Positions 1 to 11,718 are shown, numbered from the stretch's first letter. The stretch is DNA of 64,000 bases from Candidatus Omnitrophota bacterium (GCA_029261035.1 JAJDCD010000008.1:98313-162312), one strand, 5' to 3'. The notes: a model not told the origin generated them from the letters alone. Made by a program: numbers and translations.

Positions 1-220
1 CAGGGGATTGCATTAGTTCTTGAAATCGCCCCATAGACATGAGCTTCATAAAGTTCTTAGACTTCGTAGCCTCTAGGACTTCTGGGTCTTCCATGAACTC
101 TTGAAACTTGGGAGAAGACAGTAACTCATTAAAACGACCGTCGCTTTGTAGCTTCGTAAACATAGAAAATAAATCCATTGATGACTTTGATTTTCCCATT
201 AGACTTTCTAAACCGAACAT
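1..220 (-). CDS. Partial CDS (C-terminal part beyond window start). Hypothetical protein beginning MFGLESLMGKSKSS with internal F(N/Q)EL(L/M)xSP repeats.
   Basis: ATG at 220..218 preceded by AGGTGA. The open frame continues to position 1. Not in the ORF track because it is truncated. Confidence 0.35.
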   Translation of the reverse strand, partial: MFGLESLMGKSKSSMDLFSMFTKLQSDGRFNELLSSPKFQEFMEDPEVLEATKSKNFMKLMSMGRFQELMQSP

Positions 221-224
221 TTTA

Positions 225-722
225 TCACCTATAATTTGTAAATTGTAATGGAATATCCAAAGTAGATTCTTTTAGTGCTTGAATAACAAACTGTAAATCA
301 TCCCTACTTTTCGCTTGCACTCGAACCTGATCTTTTTGGATAGTAGCTTGTACTTTAATTTTCAATTCTTTTATGAGTTTAACGATTTTCTTGGTGTTTT
401 CTTGAGGTATTCCGGAAACAATCTCTGCATCAACTCTAATAGAACCACCCAAAGCTTCTTCTTCTTTTCCGTATTTCACCGCTTTAGCAGATATTCCTCT
501 CTTTGAAAATTTAGTTTCCAGAATATCTTTTATAGCTAATAATTTCATATCATCATCAGCAAGAACTGTAAGCTTCTTTGCTTCTTTATTTAAAGTAACT
601 TTACTTTTAGACCCTTTAAAATCATACCGTTGAGACAACTCTTTTTGTGTCTGATGAACAGCATTATCTACTTCTTGAAAATCAACTTCTGATACGATGT
701 CAAAGGATGCTTCCTTACTCAC
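225..722 (-). CDS. yajQ: YajQ/UPF0234 family nucleotide-binding protein
   Basis: 165 aa. The N-terminal [13 protein letters not shown] and C-terminal [10 protein letters not shown] are typical of YajQ. Confidence 0.75.
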   Translation of the reverse strand: MSKEASFDIVSEVDFQEVDNAVHQTQKELSQRYDFKGSKSKVTLNKEAKKLTVLADDDMKLLAIKDILETKFSKRGISAKAVKYGKEEEALGGSIRVDAEIVSGIPQENTKKIVKLIKELKIKVQATIQKDQVRVQAKSRDDLQFVIQALKESTLDIPLQFTNYR

Positions 723-1081
723 TATACCCCAACCTTTTCTTCGATGAATTTTTTTACCCGATCTCTATCTTCAGGGGAAATATCAAGAAATTCAACACCC
801 GTATCATATTTCACCTCTTTTTGATGTAAAACTTGACTACGAATGCACCAAACAATTTTTCCAGAACACTCGATTGGAGCTTCTCCTAACTTTCCGATAT
901 CAAGTTTTAAATCTACTCTTGAGAAAGGTGCAATGGCACTATCCAAAATCAAACAAACACCGCCTTCACCTACATTTTCAGTTTTTGTGGAAATAAGTTC
1001 TGGGGAATTATGTTCTTTAACATTAACATCACATGCAACTTCTATTCGAGGAAATTTACGCTTATTAAACGAGTTCCACAT
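722..1081 (-). CDS. PilZ-domain protein (c-di-GMP receptor family)
   Basis: 119 aa. The RKFPRIEV...(D/E)xSxxG(G/V) pattern is typical of PilZ. 1-nt overlap with yajQ. Confidence 0.55.
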   Translation of the reverse strand: MWNSFNKRKFPRIEVACDVNVKEHNSPELISTKTENVGEGGVCLILDSAIAPFSRVDLKLDIGKLGEAPIECSGKIVWCIRSQVLHQKEVKYDTGVEFLDISPEDRDRVKKFIEEKVGV

Positions 1082-1126
1082 CTATTAGATCTCCTTATAT
1101 CTTTTCAAGAATTCTTAATCATGAAA

Positions 1127-2362
1127 TTAAGGGATTAAATTTCGAATAAAACTATCTTGATAGGGTTCCATGGCTGACATTTGCTTAAATTTCTGCAAAT
1201 CCTGCTTAGAAACTTTATAGCTCTCATACTTACCAATCATAACGCGGAAAATCTCACTCCCTCTTCTATTCAAAGTAGGGTCAACAAATGCTTTCAAACC
1301 ACTTAGGTTTAAGTTTTTGATCACCTTTTCAGCACCCTCTCTTGTTTGAGCAACACAAACTTGAATAGAGAAGTACTTTTTCGCAACAAATGGTGGCGGA
1401 GTAGCTGCTCTAGAGTTAGAAGAAGAAACAGCTCTAGAAGAAGTCACTTTGACGTCTTTTTCTTTTTTTACTACTGAGCTAGAAGGCTTCGAAACAGAAA
1501 CAACACTTTTAACCACATCACTATTAAGCTCGTTTTTCTGAGAGTTTGAATTCCATAGACTAAAAATTAACAAAGCGGTGCCAATAATCGCTAAAGAAAG
1601 TAAAACTACTTTTGTTGGAAAGCGTCTCGATAAGTGTGGGGCCTGCTGTCCTAGAACAACAAGAAAAGACAAAAATGATTTAAAAATTAGAGTCCAAATG
1701 TTTTTAATCGATTCTTTAACTTTCAAAATAGCTTGGCCAAGAGATAAAAAAATAGGTGTGAGTTTTACTGTTGGTTTCTTTGGGGAAACTAAACTTTCTA
1801 AGTCATCATTAATAATAGGACCATCTGATGTTGAGATTTTAGAAAAAGCTTCTGTTTTAGTTTTTTGAATAAAAAAAGCTTCTTCCTCTTCTTTAACTGA
1901 AAAAACTTCTTTACTCAAATCTTCTTCAGGTTCTTTTTCTTCAATCTCTTTTTCCTGTAGTTCACTGGTAAAAGATTTTTCTTCATTAAGATCTAAATCA
2001 TTAAATTCATTAAGCTGCTCGAACTCAGTCACTTGGGAGCTTTGATTAAATGCATCAAGTTCGCTTTCACCTACGCTGGACGCCTCAGAAAAAGATGTTT
2101 CTTCTTCTTTCTGAAGAACCTCTTCTTCAGAACTCTGTTTTTCAGCTTCGTTATCATTCTTTTTTCCCAACTCAAAGAGATCGGACTGAACCATTCCGGC
2201 AGGAGTTACTTCAACAGACTTTAAATCGACAGTCTCCTCATTATCTTCTTGACCTGCCTCAGAACCATCTTCCTGATGAAATGCCCCATACAAACGTTTC
2301 TGAATTTCTTTCTCTGAGAGTATTCTCAAATCCTCATCTTTAGGTTTACCGAACAATGACAT
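1127..2362 (-). CDS. SPOR-domain protein with an acidic low-complexity region and one TM segment
   Basis: The C-terminal ~75 aa have a SPOR-like pattern (YSIQVCVAQTREGAEKVIKNL...GSEIFRVMIGKYES). The N-terminal half is Glu/Asp-rich. Confidence 0.55.
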   Translation of the reverse strand: MSLFGKPKDEDLRILSEKEIQKRLYGAFHQEDGSEAGQEDNEETVDLKSVEVTPAGMVQSDLFELGKKNDNEAEKQSSEEEVLQKEEETSFSEASSVGESELDAFNQSSQVTEFEQLNEFNDLDLNEEKSFTSELQEKEIEEKEPEEDLSKEVFSVKEEEEAFFIQKTKTEAFSKISTSDGPIINDDLESLVSPKKPTVKLTPIFLSLGQAILKVKESIKNIWTLIFKSFLSFLVVLGQQAPHLSRRFPTKVVLLSLAIIGTALLIFSLWNSNSQKNELNSDVVKSVVSVSKPSSSVVKKEKDVKVTSSRAVSSSNSRAATPPPFVAKKYFSIQVCVAQTREGAEKVIKNLNLSGLKAFVDPTLNRRGSEIFRVMIGKYESYKVSKQDLQKFKQMSAMEPYQDSFIRNLIP

Positions 2363-2403
2363 CGAAGTCTTCCCTTCATTAAAACAAATTTTGTAGCGAC
2401 CTT

Positions 2404-2901
2404 CTATCTAGAAAACGGTGAGTTTTCCCTAATAAAGTAAGTTAATTTATACAAATCCACATTCCCCAATTGCAGGTGAGCTTTTTCGCTAAAACCTTTG
2501 TTTTCGAAAAGGTTAATAGCGTCTTTCATTTTGGAAGTTGTTTTAAAAACCAATTCTTGATACCCAACTTCTCTACAGAACTCTATAGCTTTGTCTAACA
2601 ATTCTCTTCCAACTTTTTTACCTCTAAGTTCTGGAGAAACAAAAATTCTGCGCACCAAAGCTGTTCTATCATCTTCCTGCTTTACTCCTATACTACCAAT
2701 AATTTTACCGTCTAAAAGAGCGACAAAGAAAGCTTCTCCTGCTTTACAGTAATAATCAGATATATTTTCTAAATCGTCTGCCGGGAAAGCCCCCAAAACA
2801 TCCGAAAACTCTGATTTCATAATATCTGTAATTAGACCACGAACTTCTTTATTGTCTTCTTTTTTAAACTTACGTATTTCAACATTGAGTTTAGTATTCA
2901 C
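2404..2901 (-). CDS. GNAT family N-acetyltransferase
   Basis: 165 aa. The acetyl-CoA binding motif RGKKVGRELL (Q/RxxGxG/A) lies in a GNAT-like fold. Confidence 0.65.
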   Translation of the reverse strand: MNTKLNVEIRKFKKEDNKEVRGLITDIMKSEFSDVLGAFPADDLENISDYYCKAGEAFFVALLDGKIIGSIGVKQEDDRTALVRRIFVSPELRGKKVGRELLDKAIEFCREVGYQELVFKTTSKMKDAINLFENKGFSEKAHLQLGNVDLYKLTYFIRENSPFSR

Positions 2902-2932
2902 AAGTGAACCCTTTCGTCATAAGATAATAAAG

Positions 2933-3145
2933 TTATTTCTTTTCTTCACCTTCTTTTTCTTCCTTCTTACCGTCACCCTTGTTCACTTTAATCTTCTGAG
3001 ACTTTACCTTTGGTAAACCAAAAACTGTCATGGACTCATCCCATTTTTCAGCTTCCACAAGCTTTTTAATTCTTTCGTATCTTTTTAACACATTACGATG
3101 CCTAGCTCCCACACCACCAACTCTTAAACTTGGATGTTGACTCAC
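2933..3145 (-). CDS. Small basic hypothetical protein (70 aa, Lys/Glu-rich tail)
   Basis: GTG start preceded by AAGGGGGAAG. No recognisable family. Confidence 0.35.
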   Translation of the reverse strand: MSQHPSLRVGGVGARHRNVLKRYERIKKLVEAEKWDESMTVFGLPKVKSQKIKVNKGDGKKEEKEGEEKK

Positions 3146-3191
3146 TTTACTTCCCCCTTATAGATAACATTTTGTGGTACAAAGACTTAGT

Positions 3192-3197
3192 ATTATA
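3192..3197 (-). promoter_or_regulatory. Candidate -10 hexamer TATAAT for the small basic protein gene
   Basis: Perfect TATAAT on the minus strand ~45 nt upstream of the GTG. No clear -35 at 17 nt. Confidence 0.2.
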
Positions 3198-3348
3198 CTC
3201 ATTTTAAGCCTTATTGGCCACTAAAATTCAATGCTGTTTACTATCTTACAAATGCTTTAAAGACAATAGGATAGGTTGATCATTTAGATAGAATATAACA
3301 ACTATTTAATCCAGAATTGAATATACCGAGAATAGAAAGAATAAAATA

Positions 3349-4170
3349 TTAGGCAGAAAAACTTCGAACAAAACCGTCATTATTGAGCTTTAAATCTTTT
3401 CTTAATTGAGTTAATACGGCATCTGCATCGTTTTTGCCTGAAAAAGGCCCTACATTTAAAACAAAATATTTTCCACTTTGTTTTATGAAAGCATCATAGC
3501 CTTTAGAGGTCAACTTTTTAGCAGTGCGGCCGGCCGCTGTGTCTGAAACATAGGTAACAAGCTGAATTGCATACCTTTTTTGCTGTTCAATCTTAATCAG
3601 CTGATTTTGAGTCAATGTTGCATTTTCTTGCACAATCTCTTCCGTTCTAATAATAGGGCTTTCCTCTGTTGTTTCCGTATTCGCACCCGCCTCCAAAGCC
3701 TTCTCTTGTTTTTTGGTTTTAGGCTCCACTCTAACAACTTGATCCTCACGTGTCCATTCCTGCTGGATCAAAGGCTCACTACTATTCAAATTCCGAGATA
3801 GGTCTGTTTTTGCGATTTCAACAGCTTTTAGCTTACCCTTTTCAACGCCTAAAGCAAATGTAACTGAAAACAATACCATCAAAGATATAGACATAATAAC
3901 AATTTTATCAAATGTCATAGTAAATTGAATACGATCAAAAAAGGAAGAGTTTGAAGAGTCGTCTTCAGCTTGAAACGGTCTTAAATCATTTATATTGTGC
4001 TTGGAATCAAAGAATAAATCGCCTTGCATAAAAGCCCCTTTACTAAAAATTTGGTCTACATTTTGCGTTGTATAAATTATCGACCAAAAACAGAAATCTT
4101 TAAGTAAAAAGGATGCTTTTTTTTGAAATTTTTCTACTCGATGAGCCCCACTCTTTTTGGGGGCCACCAA
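3349..4170 (-). CDS. SPOR-domain membrane protein. The true start is probably downstream of the listed Met.
   Basis: TM segment IVIMSISLMVLFSVTFALGV. C-terminal SPOR-like YAIQLVTYVSDTAAGRTAKKL...YFVLNVGPFSGKNDADAVL. The 5' end overlaps lepB by 37 nt. Confidence 0.55.
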   Translation of the reverse strand: MVAPKKSGAHRVEKFQKKASFLLKDFCFWSIIYTTQNVDQIFSKGAFMQGDLFFDSKHNINDLRPFQAEDDSSNSSFFDRIQFTMTFDKIVIMSISLMVLFSVTFALGVEKGKLKAVEIAKTDLSRNLNSSEPLIQQEWTREDQVVRVEPKTKKQEKALEAGANTETTEESPIIRTEEIVQENATLTQNQLIKIEQQKRYAIQLVTYVSDTAAGRTAKKLTSKGYDAFIKQSGKYFVLNVGPFSGKNDADAVLTQLRKDLKLNNDGFVRSFSA

Positions 4171-4745
4171 ATCAGAAATGCTTTCCCGAGGGTGTTTTTT
4201 TCAGGAACAAATCCCCAATTTCTACTATCACTTGATTGAGCGCTATTATCACCTAACACAAAGTAATGATCTTCAGGGACTTTGATAGTCTGGCCATAGC
4301 GTCCATAATCCCAATCTTCTCGATTATAATAATAATTATTCAAAATCACCTTGGGGTCCTCTAATCGATTCCCATCGATATAAACAGCCCCATCCTTGAT
4401 CTCAACCTCCTCGCCTTCAAAAGCAATCAAACGCTTAACAAAGTCTTTTTTAGGATCTAAAGGGTATTTAAAGACCATAACATCCCCTCTTTCAGGCTCA
4501 TTAAATCGATAACCTATTTTATTAACTAAAATTTTGTCGTTCTCAATTAATGTCATTCTCATTGACCCTGTTGGGATTTTATATGCCTGGATAAAAAAAG
4601 CTCTGATTATTAAAGCTAATATTAGCGCTATCAGGATAGGCTTTATCCACTCTTCATAAAGATAATTGAAGATTTTCTTTTTATCCCATTTATGCTTTTC
4701 GTTTGAATTCTTTTCATCCGGCAATGCGGTATTTTTATCTTCCAT
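4134..4745 (-). CDS. lepB: Signal peptidase I
   Basis: Catalytic SM box (IPTGSMRMT), the K box (KRLIAFEGEEV) and the GDNSAQSSDSR box. TAATG 1-nt coupling with lepA. Confidence 0.85.
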   Translation of the reverse strand: MEDKNTALPDEKNSNEKHKWDKKKIFNYLYEEWIKPILIALILALIIRAFFIQAYKIPTGSMRMTLIENDKILVNKIGYRFNEPERGDVMVFKYPLDPKKDFVKRLIAFEGEEVEIKDGAVYIDGNRLEDPKVILNNYYYNREDWDYGRYGQTIKVPEDHYFVLGDNSAQSSDSRNWGFVPEKNTLGKAFLIWWPPKRVGLIE

Positions 4746-6526
4746 TATTCCACCTTTAAAATGCTAATAAATGCTTCTTGAGGTAAGTCAACGCGTCCAA
4801 CGCGTTTCATTCTTTTCTTACCTTCTTTTTGTTTTTCAATAAGTTTTCTTTTTCTTGTAATATCTCCACCATAACACTTCTCTGTCACATTTTTTCTAAG
4901 AGCGGCTACCGATTCTCGAGCTACAATTTTAGCGCCAATTGCCGCTTGGATAGAAACCTCAAACATTTGTCTCGGAATAACCTCTTTAAGTTTTTCAACT
5001 AAACTCTTACCTTTAAAATGTGCATTTTCTTTAACAACAATACAGGAAAGAGCATCTACAGGTTCCGAATTTATTAAAATATCCATTTTAACTAATTTTG
5101 CAGCTTTATATCCAATTAACTCATAGTTAAATGAGCCGTACCCACTAGTAATGGATTTTATTTTATCATTAAAATCCATAACAATCTCCGACAAAGGTAG
5201 CTCGTAAACAAGCAACACAATGCTCGTATCTAAATACTCCGTACTTTTATAGATCCCTCTGCGCTCTTGTGCCAACTTCATAATCCCTCCCATGCTATCC
5301 GGTGGAATCATTATATTAGCTCGTATATAAGGCTCTTCAATCGTTTCTATAACGGAAGGGTCCGGCATTTTAGTTGGGTTTTCAATCTGATATACAGAAC
5401 CGTTCGTTTGCAAAATTTGATATACAACACTTGGAGCTGTAATAATAAGCTCTAAATTAAACTCTCTCTCTAAACGCTCCTGAATAACGTCCATGTGCAA
5501 CAAACCTAAAAAGCCACAACGGAACCCGAACCCTAAAGAGGCTGAAGTTTCTGCTTCAAACTGAAATGAAGAGTCATTCAAAAGCATTTTGTCTAAAGCT
5601 TCTCTCAGTAAGGAAAAATCTTTGGAATTCACAGGATACATACCACAAAAAACCATAGGTTGAATATCTTCATACCCAGGCAAAGGTTCCTTAGCTGGGT
5701 TATTTTTTAAAGTAATCGTATCCCCAATTTTTACTTCCGAAACTTTTTTAATATTGCTGACAACATATCCCACTTGCCCCGCATGTAATTGATTCACTTT
5801 TTCTTCTCTAGGATTCAAAATACCCAGTTCCAAAACCTCAGACTCTGTTTTTATTTGCATCATTTGTACAACATCACCCTTTTTAAGAACACCATCTATA
5901 ACTCGAATATAAGTAACAACTCCACGGTAATTGTCATAGATTGAATCAAAAATAAGTGCTTTCAAAGGAGCCTTAACATCTCCTTGCGGCTTTGGAATAC
6001 GATTGATTATAGCTTCAAAAACATCTGAAGCACCTTCTCCACTTTTAGCACTGGTATAGATAATATCCTCTATATCCATATCCAAAATATTACAAATTTC
6101 TTCAGCTACTTTTTCTTTATCTGCAGCCGGCAAATCAATCTTAGTTACAATAGGAATAATAACGAGATCTCGCTCTAAGGCTAAATATAAATTAGTCATT
6201 GTTTGAGCCTCAACACCCTGACCCGCATCAACTAAAAGCAAAACACCTTCGCAAGCAGCCAAACTTTTAGAAACTTCATAGGTGAAATCAATATGACCAG
6301 GAGTATCAATTAAATTAAGCATATGCTCCTTATAAAACAACCGTACCGCTCGAGCTTTAATGGTAATGCCTCGCTCTCGTTCCAGCTCCATATCATCTAA
6401 CAACTGGTCTCTAAACTCTCTTTTAGAGATAGCTCCAGAATCTAATAAAAGTCGGTCTGCTAACGTCGACTTTCCATGATCGATATGAGCAATAATTGAG
6501 AAATTCCTTATTTTTGATGTATCCAT
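4745..6526 (-). CDS. lepA: Elongation factor 4 (LepA)
   Basis: 593 aa. The GTPase motifs [14 protein letters not shown] and TKID are present, as is the LepA-specific C-terminus. Confidence 0.95.
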   Translation of the reverse strand: MDTSKIRNFSIIAHIDHGKSTLADRLLLDSGAISKREFRDQLLDDMELERERGITIKARAVRLFYKEHMLNLIDTPGHIDFTYEVSKSLAACEGVLLLVDAGQGVEAQTMTNLYLALERDLVIIPIVTKIDLPAADKEKVAEEICNILDMDIEDIIYTSAKSGEGASDVFEAIINRIPKPQGDVKAPLKALIFDSIYDNYRGVVTYIRVIDGVLKKGDVVQMMQIKTESEVLELGILNPREEKVNQLHAGQVGYVVSNIKKVSEVKIGDTITLKNNPAKEPLPGYEDIQPMVFCGMYPVNSKDFSLLREALDKMLLNDSSFQFEAETSASLGFGFRCGFLGLLHMDVIQERLEREFNLELIITAPSVVYQILQTNGSVYQIENPTKMPDPSVIETIEEPYIRANIMIPPDSMGGIMKLAQERRGIYKSTEYLDTSIVLLVYELPLSEIVMDFNDKIKSITSGYGSFNYELIGYKAAKLVKMDILINSEPVDALSCIVVKENAHFKGKSLVEKLKEVIPRQMFEVSIQAAIGAKIVARESVAALRKNVTEKCYGGDITRKRKLIEKQKEGKKRMKRVGRVDLPQEAFISILKVE

Positions 6527-6530
6527 ATTT

Positions 6531-7205
6531 TTATTGCGCTCTTAACTCTTCTATAATTTCCTTACGATTTTGTTTTTTAAAAATACTGGAGCCTGCTACT
6601 AAAATATCAACTCCGGCCTGTTTTGCAACTATTGCAGTTTCAGGGGAAATGCCTCCATCCACAGAAATAAGCCCTTTAAATTCCCCCCTTAAATCTCTCA
6701 CTTTTTGAATCATTTCTTCCATAAATGACTGTCCTCCAAAGCCAGGCTCCACTGTCATAATCAAAATAAGGTCTATCTGATCCAAATAAGGTTTTAAAGT
6801 GTCTATAGAAGTCTTAGGTCTCAATGAAAGACCTACCTTGGCTCCCAACTCCTTTATTTTAGCAATCGTTTCACCTAATTTATCTGTGGCTTCAACATGC
6901 ACCGTAATCCAATCTGCACCCGCACTCCTAAAATCTTCAACATATCTAATTGGATCATCAATCATTAAATGAACATCAAGGGGAAGCTTCGTAGAAGAAC
7001 GAACCGATGAAACAACACAAGGTCCTATAGAAATATTAGGAACAAAAGACCCGTCCATAACATCCACATGAATCAGATCACAACCCGCCTTTTCCACGTC
7101 TTGAATTTCTTCTGCTAATTTGCCAAAATCAGCAGCGAGGATACTTGGCGCTACCAAAATATTTCTTTTTTTATCACTCATAACAACGTCACCTTTCTTA
7201 CGCAA
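6531..7205 (-). CDS. rpe: Ribulose-phosphate 3-epimerase
   Basis: [16 protein letters not shown] and GGQSF motifs. The true start is probably the internal MSDKK. Confidence 0.9.
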   Translation of the reverse strand: MRKKGDVVMSDKKRNILVAPSILAADFGKLAEEIQDVEKAGCDLIHVDVMDGSFVPNISIGPCVVSSVRSSTKLPLDVHLMIDDPIRYVEDFRSAGADWITVHVEATDKLGETIAKIKELGAKVGLSLRPKTSIDTLKPYLDQIDLILIMTVEPGFGGQSFMEEMIQKVRDLRGEFKGLISVDGGISPETAIVAKQAGVDILVAGSSIFKKQNRKEIIEELRAQ

Positions 7206-7243
7206 AATACGTATCTTACCCTTTTTAATCCCAAATAAAATAT

Positions 7244-8515
7244 TTAATTATGAAGGAACTCTGTCTCTATCAAAGCTTTTTGTTTTTCTGACAAAGCCCC
7301 TATTGCAGCAAAGCTCGTATGGTTTCTTTTAAACATCTCTTTTGCACATAGTTGAATATCTTCCACGGTAACTTTTTCGACTTGATTCTTAATTTCTTCT
7401 CGTGTGGGTATTGAATTTTCATACAAATACTTTTCACCCAACCAGGTCATATAATCAAGAGTGTCTTCAATAGACATATAAAACTGCCCAAGTAAATAGT
7501 CTTTTGCTCTTCGAAGCTCATTACTCCGAACTCCTTTTTCTTTAATTTTATTCAGCTCCCTTAAAATAAGTTTCACAGAGCTCACAGCCTTGACCGGGTC
7601 TACACCCGCAGAAATAGTAAAACAACCCGTATCTGCATACGTATTCAATTCCGAACTAATTTCATAGGCTATCCCTTTTTTCTCACGCAATTCTTCAAAA
7701 AGCCTACTGCTCATATTTGCGCCCAAAATAATGTTTAACAAGCCCGCAGGATAACGTTTAGGATCTGATTGGGAATACGCATGATAACCAATAACAAAAT
7801 GAGTCTGTTCTGTATTTCGATCTACAAACATAATCCTTGGCTTTGTCTGTAGGTTGGATGCTTTCTTAAAAGAAGAGGGCTTCCCTTTAGGAATTTTTGA
7901 AAAGTTTTTTTCAATCATATCCCTTATCTCTTCATAAACAAAATCTCCACACACAGACACAACTAGATTTGAAGCTGTATAATATTTTTTAAAATACTTA
8001 ACTAAATCTTTACGACTTAACTTTGAAACCGTATTTTCATCTCCAGCTAATAACTGCCCCAATCGTTGATTTTTCCATAACAAAGTACTAATGAGATCAT
8101 AGATATAATTACCCGGTTGATCCAAATACATTTTGACCTCATCTAATATAACAGCTCTCTCTTTTTCAATTTCTTTGCTCAAAAATAAAGGGGAATGAAT
8201 CATGTCTGCCAAAATCGCTAAAGATGAGTCAAAGAAAGGATGAAGCGTTTTTACAAAAAAACAAGTAGACTCTTCTGTTGTATAAGCGTTAAGAACCCCT
8301 CCGCACCCTTCAATTTCTTCTTTAATTTGCTTTGTGGTTTTATGCTTCGTTCCCTTAAAGAGCATGTGTTCAATAAAATGTGCTGCCCCTGCCTGATGCG
8401 AAGGCTCATGCCTTCCTCCAAATTTAGTAAAAACTCCCATTGAAATAGAATCTTTACTTCGCATACGAGAAGCCACAATCTTAAGCCCATTATCTAATTG
8501 ATCTAAAACATACAT
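7244..8515 (-). CDS. M16 (insulinase/pitrilysin) family zinc peptidase
   Basis: Inverted zinc motif HxxEH (AHFIEHMLFKGT). Glu near a.a. 129 in EKERAVILDE. Confidence 0.8.
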   Translation of the reverse strand: MYVLDQLDNGLKIVASRMRSKDSISMGVFTKFGGRHEPSHQAGAAHFIEHMLFKGTKHKTTKQIKEEIEGCGGVLNAYTTEESTCFFVKTLHPFFDSSLAILADMIHSPLFLSKEIEKERAVILDEVKMYLDQPGNYIYDLISTLLWKNQRLGQLLAGDENTVSKLSRKDLVKYFKKYYTASNLVVSVCGDFVYEEIRDMIEKNFSKIPKGKPSSFKKASNLQTKPRIMFVDRNTEQTHFVIGYHAYSQSDPKRYPAGLLNIILGANMSSRLFEELREKKGIAYEISSELNTYADTGCFTISAGVDPVKAVSSVKLILRELNKIKEKGVRSNELRRAKDYLLGQFYMSIEDTLDYMTWLGEKYLYENSIPTREEIKNQVEKVTVEDIQLCAKEMFKRNHTSFAAIGALSEKQKALIETEFLHN

Positions 8516-8527
8516 AAGATTTCCACT

Positions 8528-8977
8528 CTATTGACTATCTAAATAGTTTTGAAGAATAATTTGAGCTGCCATAGAATCAATTTTTTGCTTCCGTTTTTTT
8601 CGAGAAAGATCTGCTTCTATCATCAGCTTTTCAGCAGAAACCGTCGACAAACGCTCATCCCAATACTGAACTGGAATCTCAATAATCTTTTTTAATAAAT
8701 CCACAAAATCGATTACAGACTGAGCTGAAGGCCCTAAGCTCCCATCCATATTTTTAGGAAGCCCGACTAAAAGAATTTCAATCTGTTCTTCAAAAATAAA
8801 TCTCTTAATTTCCTCAAGCGCAAACTCTGTACTTTTTCTTAAGATATATGGGTGTGGATGAGCCGCAACACCTAAAAGGTCAGAGGTAGCAACTCCTATT
8901 CGACGCGTTCCCACATCTAGAGACATCACTTTTTGTTTTAAATTCATACTATGCTTTGGGATGACATATTTGAACAA
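8528..8977 (-). CDS. ruvX: Holliday junction resolvase-like RuvX/YqgF
   Basis: MSLDVGTRRIGVATSD core. The listed N-terminal 17 aa are probably not translated. Confidence 0.8.
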   Translation of the reverse strand: MFKYVIPKHSMNLKQKVMSLDVGTRRIGVATSDLLGVAAHPHPYILRKSTEFALEEIKRFIFEEQIEILLVGLPKNMDGSLGPSAQSVIDFVDLLKKIIEIPVQYWDERLSTVSAEKLMIEADLSRKKRKQKIDSMAAQIILQNYLDSQ

Positions 8978-9749
8978 AATTTTCCAAATATTTTCTTACT
9001 TTTAGTTTATTTTTACCGCTTTGTTTAATTTGTTCTACCAGAGCGCTGCCAACAATAACTCCGTCAGCATCCTTCAAAAGCTTCTTAACTTGCTCCGCAG
9101 AAGAAACTCCAAAACCAACCAGAACCGGCAAAGAAGATACCTTCTTAATTTCAGATATCTTTTTCTTAATTTTAGGCGCTAATTTATTTTGTTTTCCTGT
9201 AACCCCTTTTCTTGAAACATAATAAATAAAACCTGAACCTTTTTTCGTAATTTTACGAATTCGCTCTTCTGTTGTCGTTGGTGCTACTAAGAATATTTGA
9301 CTCATTTGATTTCTTCTTAGAAGAACCCCTAGACGATCATCTTCTTCAGGGGGTAAATCTGGACATAAAACACCATTAAACCCAGATGATTTTAATTGCT
9401 TCACAAAATCAAAAAGGCCTATTTGCAAAACAATATTATAGTATGAGAAAAAAATTATCGGCACTCTAACACCCGAAGCTCTCAGTCTCTTCACCATACT
9501 AAAAGCATCTTTAATACGAATACGATGATCCAAAGCATATTGAGAGGAATCTTGAATTGTTGGACCATCTGCCATAGGATCAGAAAAGGGAATGCCCAAT
9601 TCAACAATATCAACTCCCAACTTATCACAAATTCGAATCCACTCTTCCGTATCTTTTAAACTTTTATACCCTAAAGTAAAAAAAGCACAAAAAATCTTTT
9701 TTCCATTTTCAATTTTTGTTTTCAATTCTTTTTCTAACGGATTAGACAT
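8949..9749 (-). CDS. trpA: Tryptophan synthase alpha chain
   Basis: 266 aa. [17 protein letters not shown] is the canonical TrpA loop. Overlaps trpB by 8 nt. Confidence 0.85.
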   Translation of the reverse strand: MSNPLEKELKTKIENGKKIFCAFFTLGYKSLKDTEEWIRICDKLGVDIVELGIPFSDPMADGPTIQDSSQYALDHRIRIKDAFSMVKRLRASGVRVPIIFFSYYNIVLQIGLFDFVKQLKSSGFNGVLCPDLPPEEDDRLGVLLRRNQMSQIFLVAPTTTEERIRKITKKGSGFIYYVSRKGVTGKQNKLAPKIKKKISEIKKVSSLPVLVGFGVSSAEQVKKLLKDADGVIVGSALVEQIKQSGKNKLKVRKYLENFVQICHPKA

Positions 9750-10941
9750 TTTTAGAATCCCATTCTTGAATCATGTGAATATCTTTATCTCCCCGACCTG
9801 ACAAACACACAATGACAGACTCCGATTTTTTTGTCTTTGGCATCAACTTATCTAAATAAGCTAAAGCATGAGAGGTTTCCAAAGCAGGAATAATCCCCTC
9901 TAACTGCGTTAATCGATGAAAAGCTTTAACAGCTTGCGCATCAGTCACAGAAACATAATCAACCCTTTTGAGGCTCTTCAAATAAGCATGTTCTGGTCCT
10001 ACAGAAGGATAATCTAACCCAGCGGATATGGAGTGCGCCAGCTGAACCTGCCCATCCTCATCCTGCAAAAGTAAACTTTTCATGCCATGCAAAACCCCAG
10101 GCTTCCCTTTTAAAATAGCAGCGGCATGATTTGAGGTATGAACACCCTCCCCCGCCGCCTCAACTCCAATAATTCGGACCTTGTCTTTTAGAAATGGGTA
10201 AAACAAACCAATAGAATTACTCCCCCCACCAACACAAGCTAATAAATAATTTGGAGATTTTTTTAATTTTTGTTTATGCTGTAATTTCGCTTCTTTTCCA
10301 ATTACAGACTGAAAATCTCTAACAATCATCGGATAAGGATGTGGCCCTACGCAAGAACCAATCAAATAATGCGTGTCATCCACATTTGTAACCCAATCTC
10401 GAATAGCTTCATTCGTTGCATCTTTCAAAGTTTTGGAACCCGAATAAACTGGAATTACTTCAGCACCTAACAACTTCATCTTATAAACATTCAAGGCTTG
10501 CCTTTTAACATCTTCCGCACCCATATACACAACACACTCTAACCCAAAAACTTTTGCTGCTGTTGCCGACGCAACTCCATGTTGGCCAGCGCCCGTCTCA
10601 GCCACAATGCGTTTCTTCTTTAAGTACACCGCCATGAGAGCCTGTCCCAATGTATTATTAATTTTATGAGCACCTGTATGACACAAATCTTCTCTTTTTA
10701 AATATATCTTAGCTTTCCCATAATAATTCGTTAAATTCTTAGCTAAGTATAGCGCTGTCGGTCTCCCCGCATAATCTGATAAATAAAATTCCAAGTCTTT
10801 TTGAAACTTCTTATCCTTAGTTAGACGATGATAAGCTTCCGTTAATTTCTCTAAAGCTTCCACAAGCGTTTCCGGAACATAACGTCCACCGTAATCATCG
10901 AAATGACCTTGTTTATCTGGTACCGATTGTTTGTTTTTCAT
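9742..10941 (-). CDS. trpB: Tryptophan synthase beta chain
   Basis: 399 aa. PLP-lysine context [17 protein letters not shown] glycine loop. Confidence 0.95.
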   Translation of the reverse strand: MKNKQSVPDKQGHFDDYGGRYVPETLVEALEKLTEAYHRLTKDKKFQKDLEFYLSDYAGRPTALYLAKNLTNYYGKAKIYLKREDLCHTGAHKINNTLGQALMAVYLKKKRIVAETGAGQHGVASATAAKVFGLECVVYMGAEDVKRQALNVYKMKLLGAEVIPVYSGSKTLKDATNEAIRDWVTNVDDTHYLIGSCVGPHPYPMIVRDFQSVIGKEAKLQHKQKLKKSPNYLLACVGGGSNSIGLFYPFLKDKVRIIGVEAAGEGVHTSNHAAAILKGKPGVLHGMKSLLLQDEDGQVQLAHSISAGLDYPSVGPEHAYLKSLKRVDYVSVTDAQAVKAFHRLTQLEGIIPALETSHALAYLDKLMPKTKKSESVIVCLSGRGDKDIHMIQEWDSKNV

Positions 10942-10962
10942 TTACATTTTCCATTCCTAATT

Positions 10963-11718
10963 TTATATTTTAATAACTTCTAAATCATCTTTCGAAATCC
11001 ACCCATGATCTTCATTAAATAATTGAACACGGTTCCAATTTGATTCAGACTCAAGCACTCTCACCTTCAATCCTTCAGCAAGTTTAAAAACTGTTTTTTC
11101 CTCTAACGAAGGACCATATCTCGCTGGAGCATCTTTTCGTATAACAATCGCATAAGAAACATACTGATCAACCCAATATTTAACCCCAGTTAAAAAGATC
11201 ACAACACACAAAAGAGTAATCAAATACTTGGAAAACAAATTCTGCATAGGAGCTCTTTTTAAAAGAAGTCGGATTATCATCCATAAAAATGCAATCAAAA
11301 GAACTGAAAATAAAATAATTTGAATTTCAATTAACGTCCACTGCCCTGAAATAAACTCCATTAATTTTATTATGTCATTTCTTTTATCTTCCACCTTCGT
11401 ATCCACAAGACCTTTAACAAATCTTAAATTATGTTTAACATCAGGATCTCTAGGGGCAAGCATTTTAGCTTTTTCATATGAAGCAATAGACAAACCTAAT
11501 TTTTTTTCCTTATAAGCTGCGTTACCTAAATTATAAAAAGCTTCTGGAGTTGCTTTGATTAAACTAATTTTTTGATAAAGATCCAAAGCTTCATCATACA
11601 AATCGCTTTTAAATAAATCGTTAGCTTCGTCAAAATCCTTCACATAGCTCTCTTCAAGAGCAAAAGAAATACTACAAAACAAAATTCCGACTAAAAAGAA
11701 TAAGGCTATTTTTTTCAT
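10963..11718 (-). CDS. BatE-like protein: signal peptide, TPR repeats, one TM segment and a C-terminal bacterial SH3-like domain
   Basis: TPR-like AFYNLGNAAYKEKKLGLSIASYEKA. SH3b-like ARYGPS...VFKLAEGLKVRVLESESNWNRVQL...GWI. 4-nt overlap with the upstream BatD-like gene. Confidence 0.45.
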   Translation of the reverse strand: MKKIALFFLVGILFCSISFALEESYVKDFDEANDLFKSDLYDEALDLYQKISLIKATPEAFYNLGNAAYKEKKLGLSIASYEKAKMLAPRDPDVKHNLRFVKGLVDTKVEDKRNDIIKLMEFISGQWTLIEIQIILFSVLLIAFLWMIIRLLLKRAPMQNLFSKYLITLLCVVIFLTGVKYWVDQYVSYAIVIRKDAPARYGPSLEEKTVFKLAEGLKVRVLESESNWNRVQLFNEDHGWISKDDLEVIKI

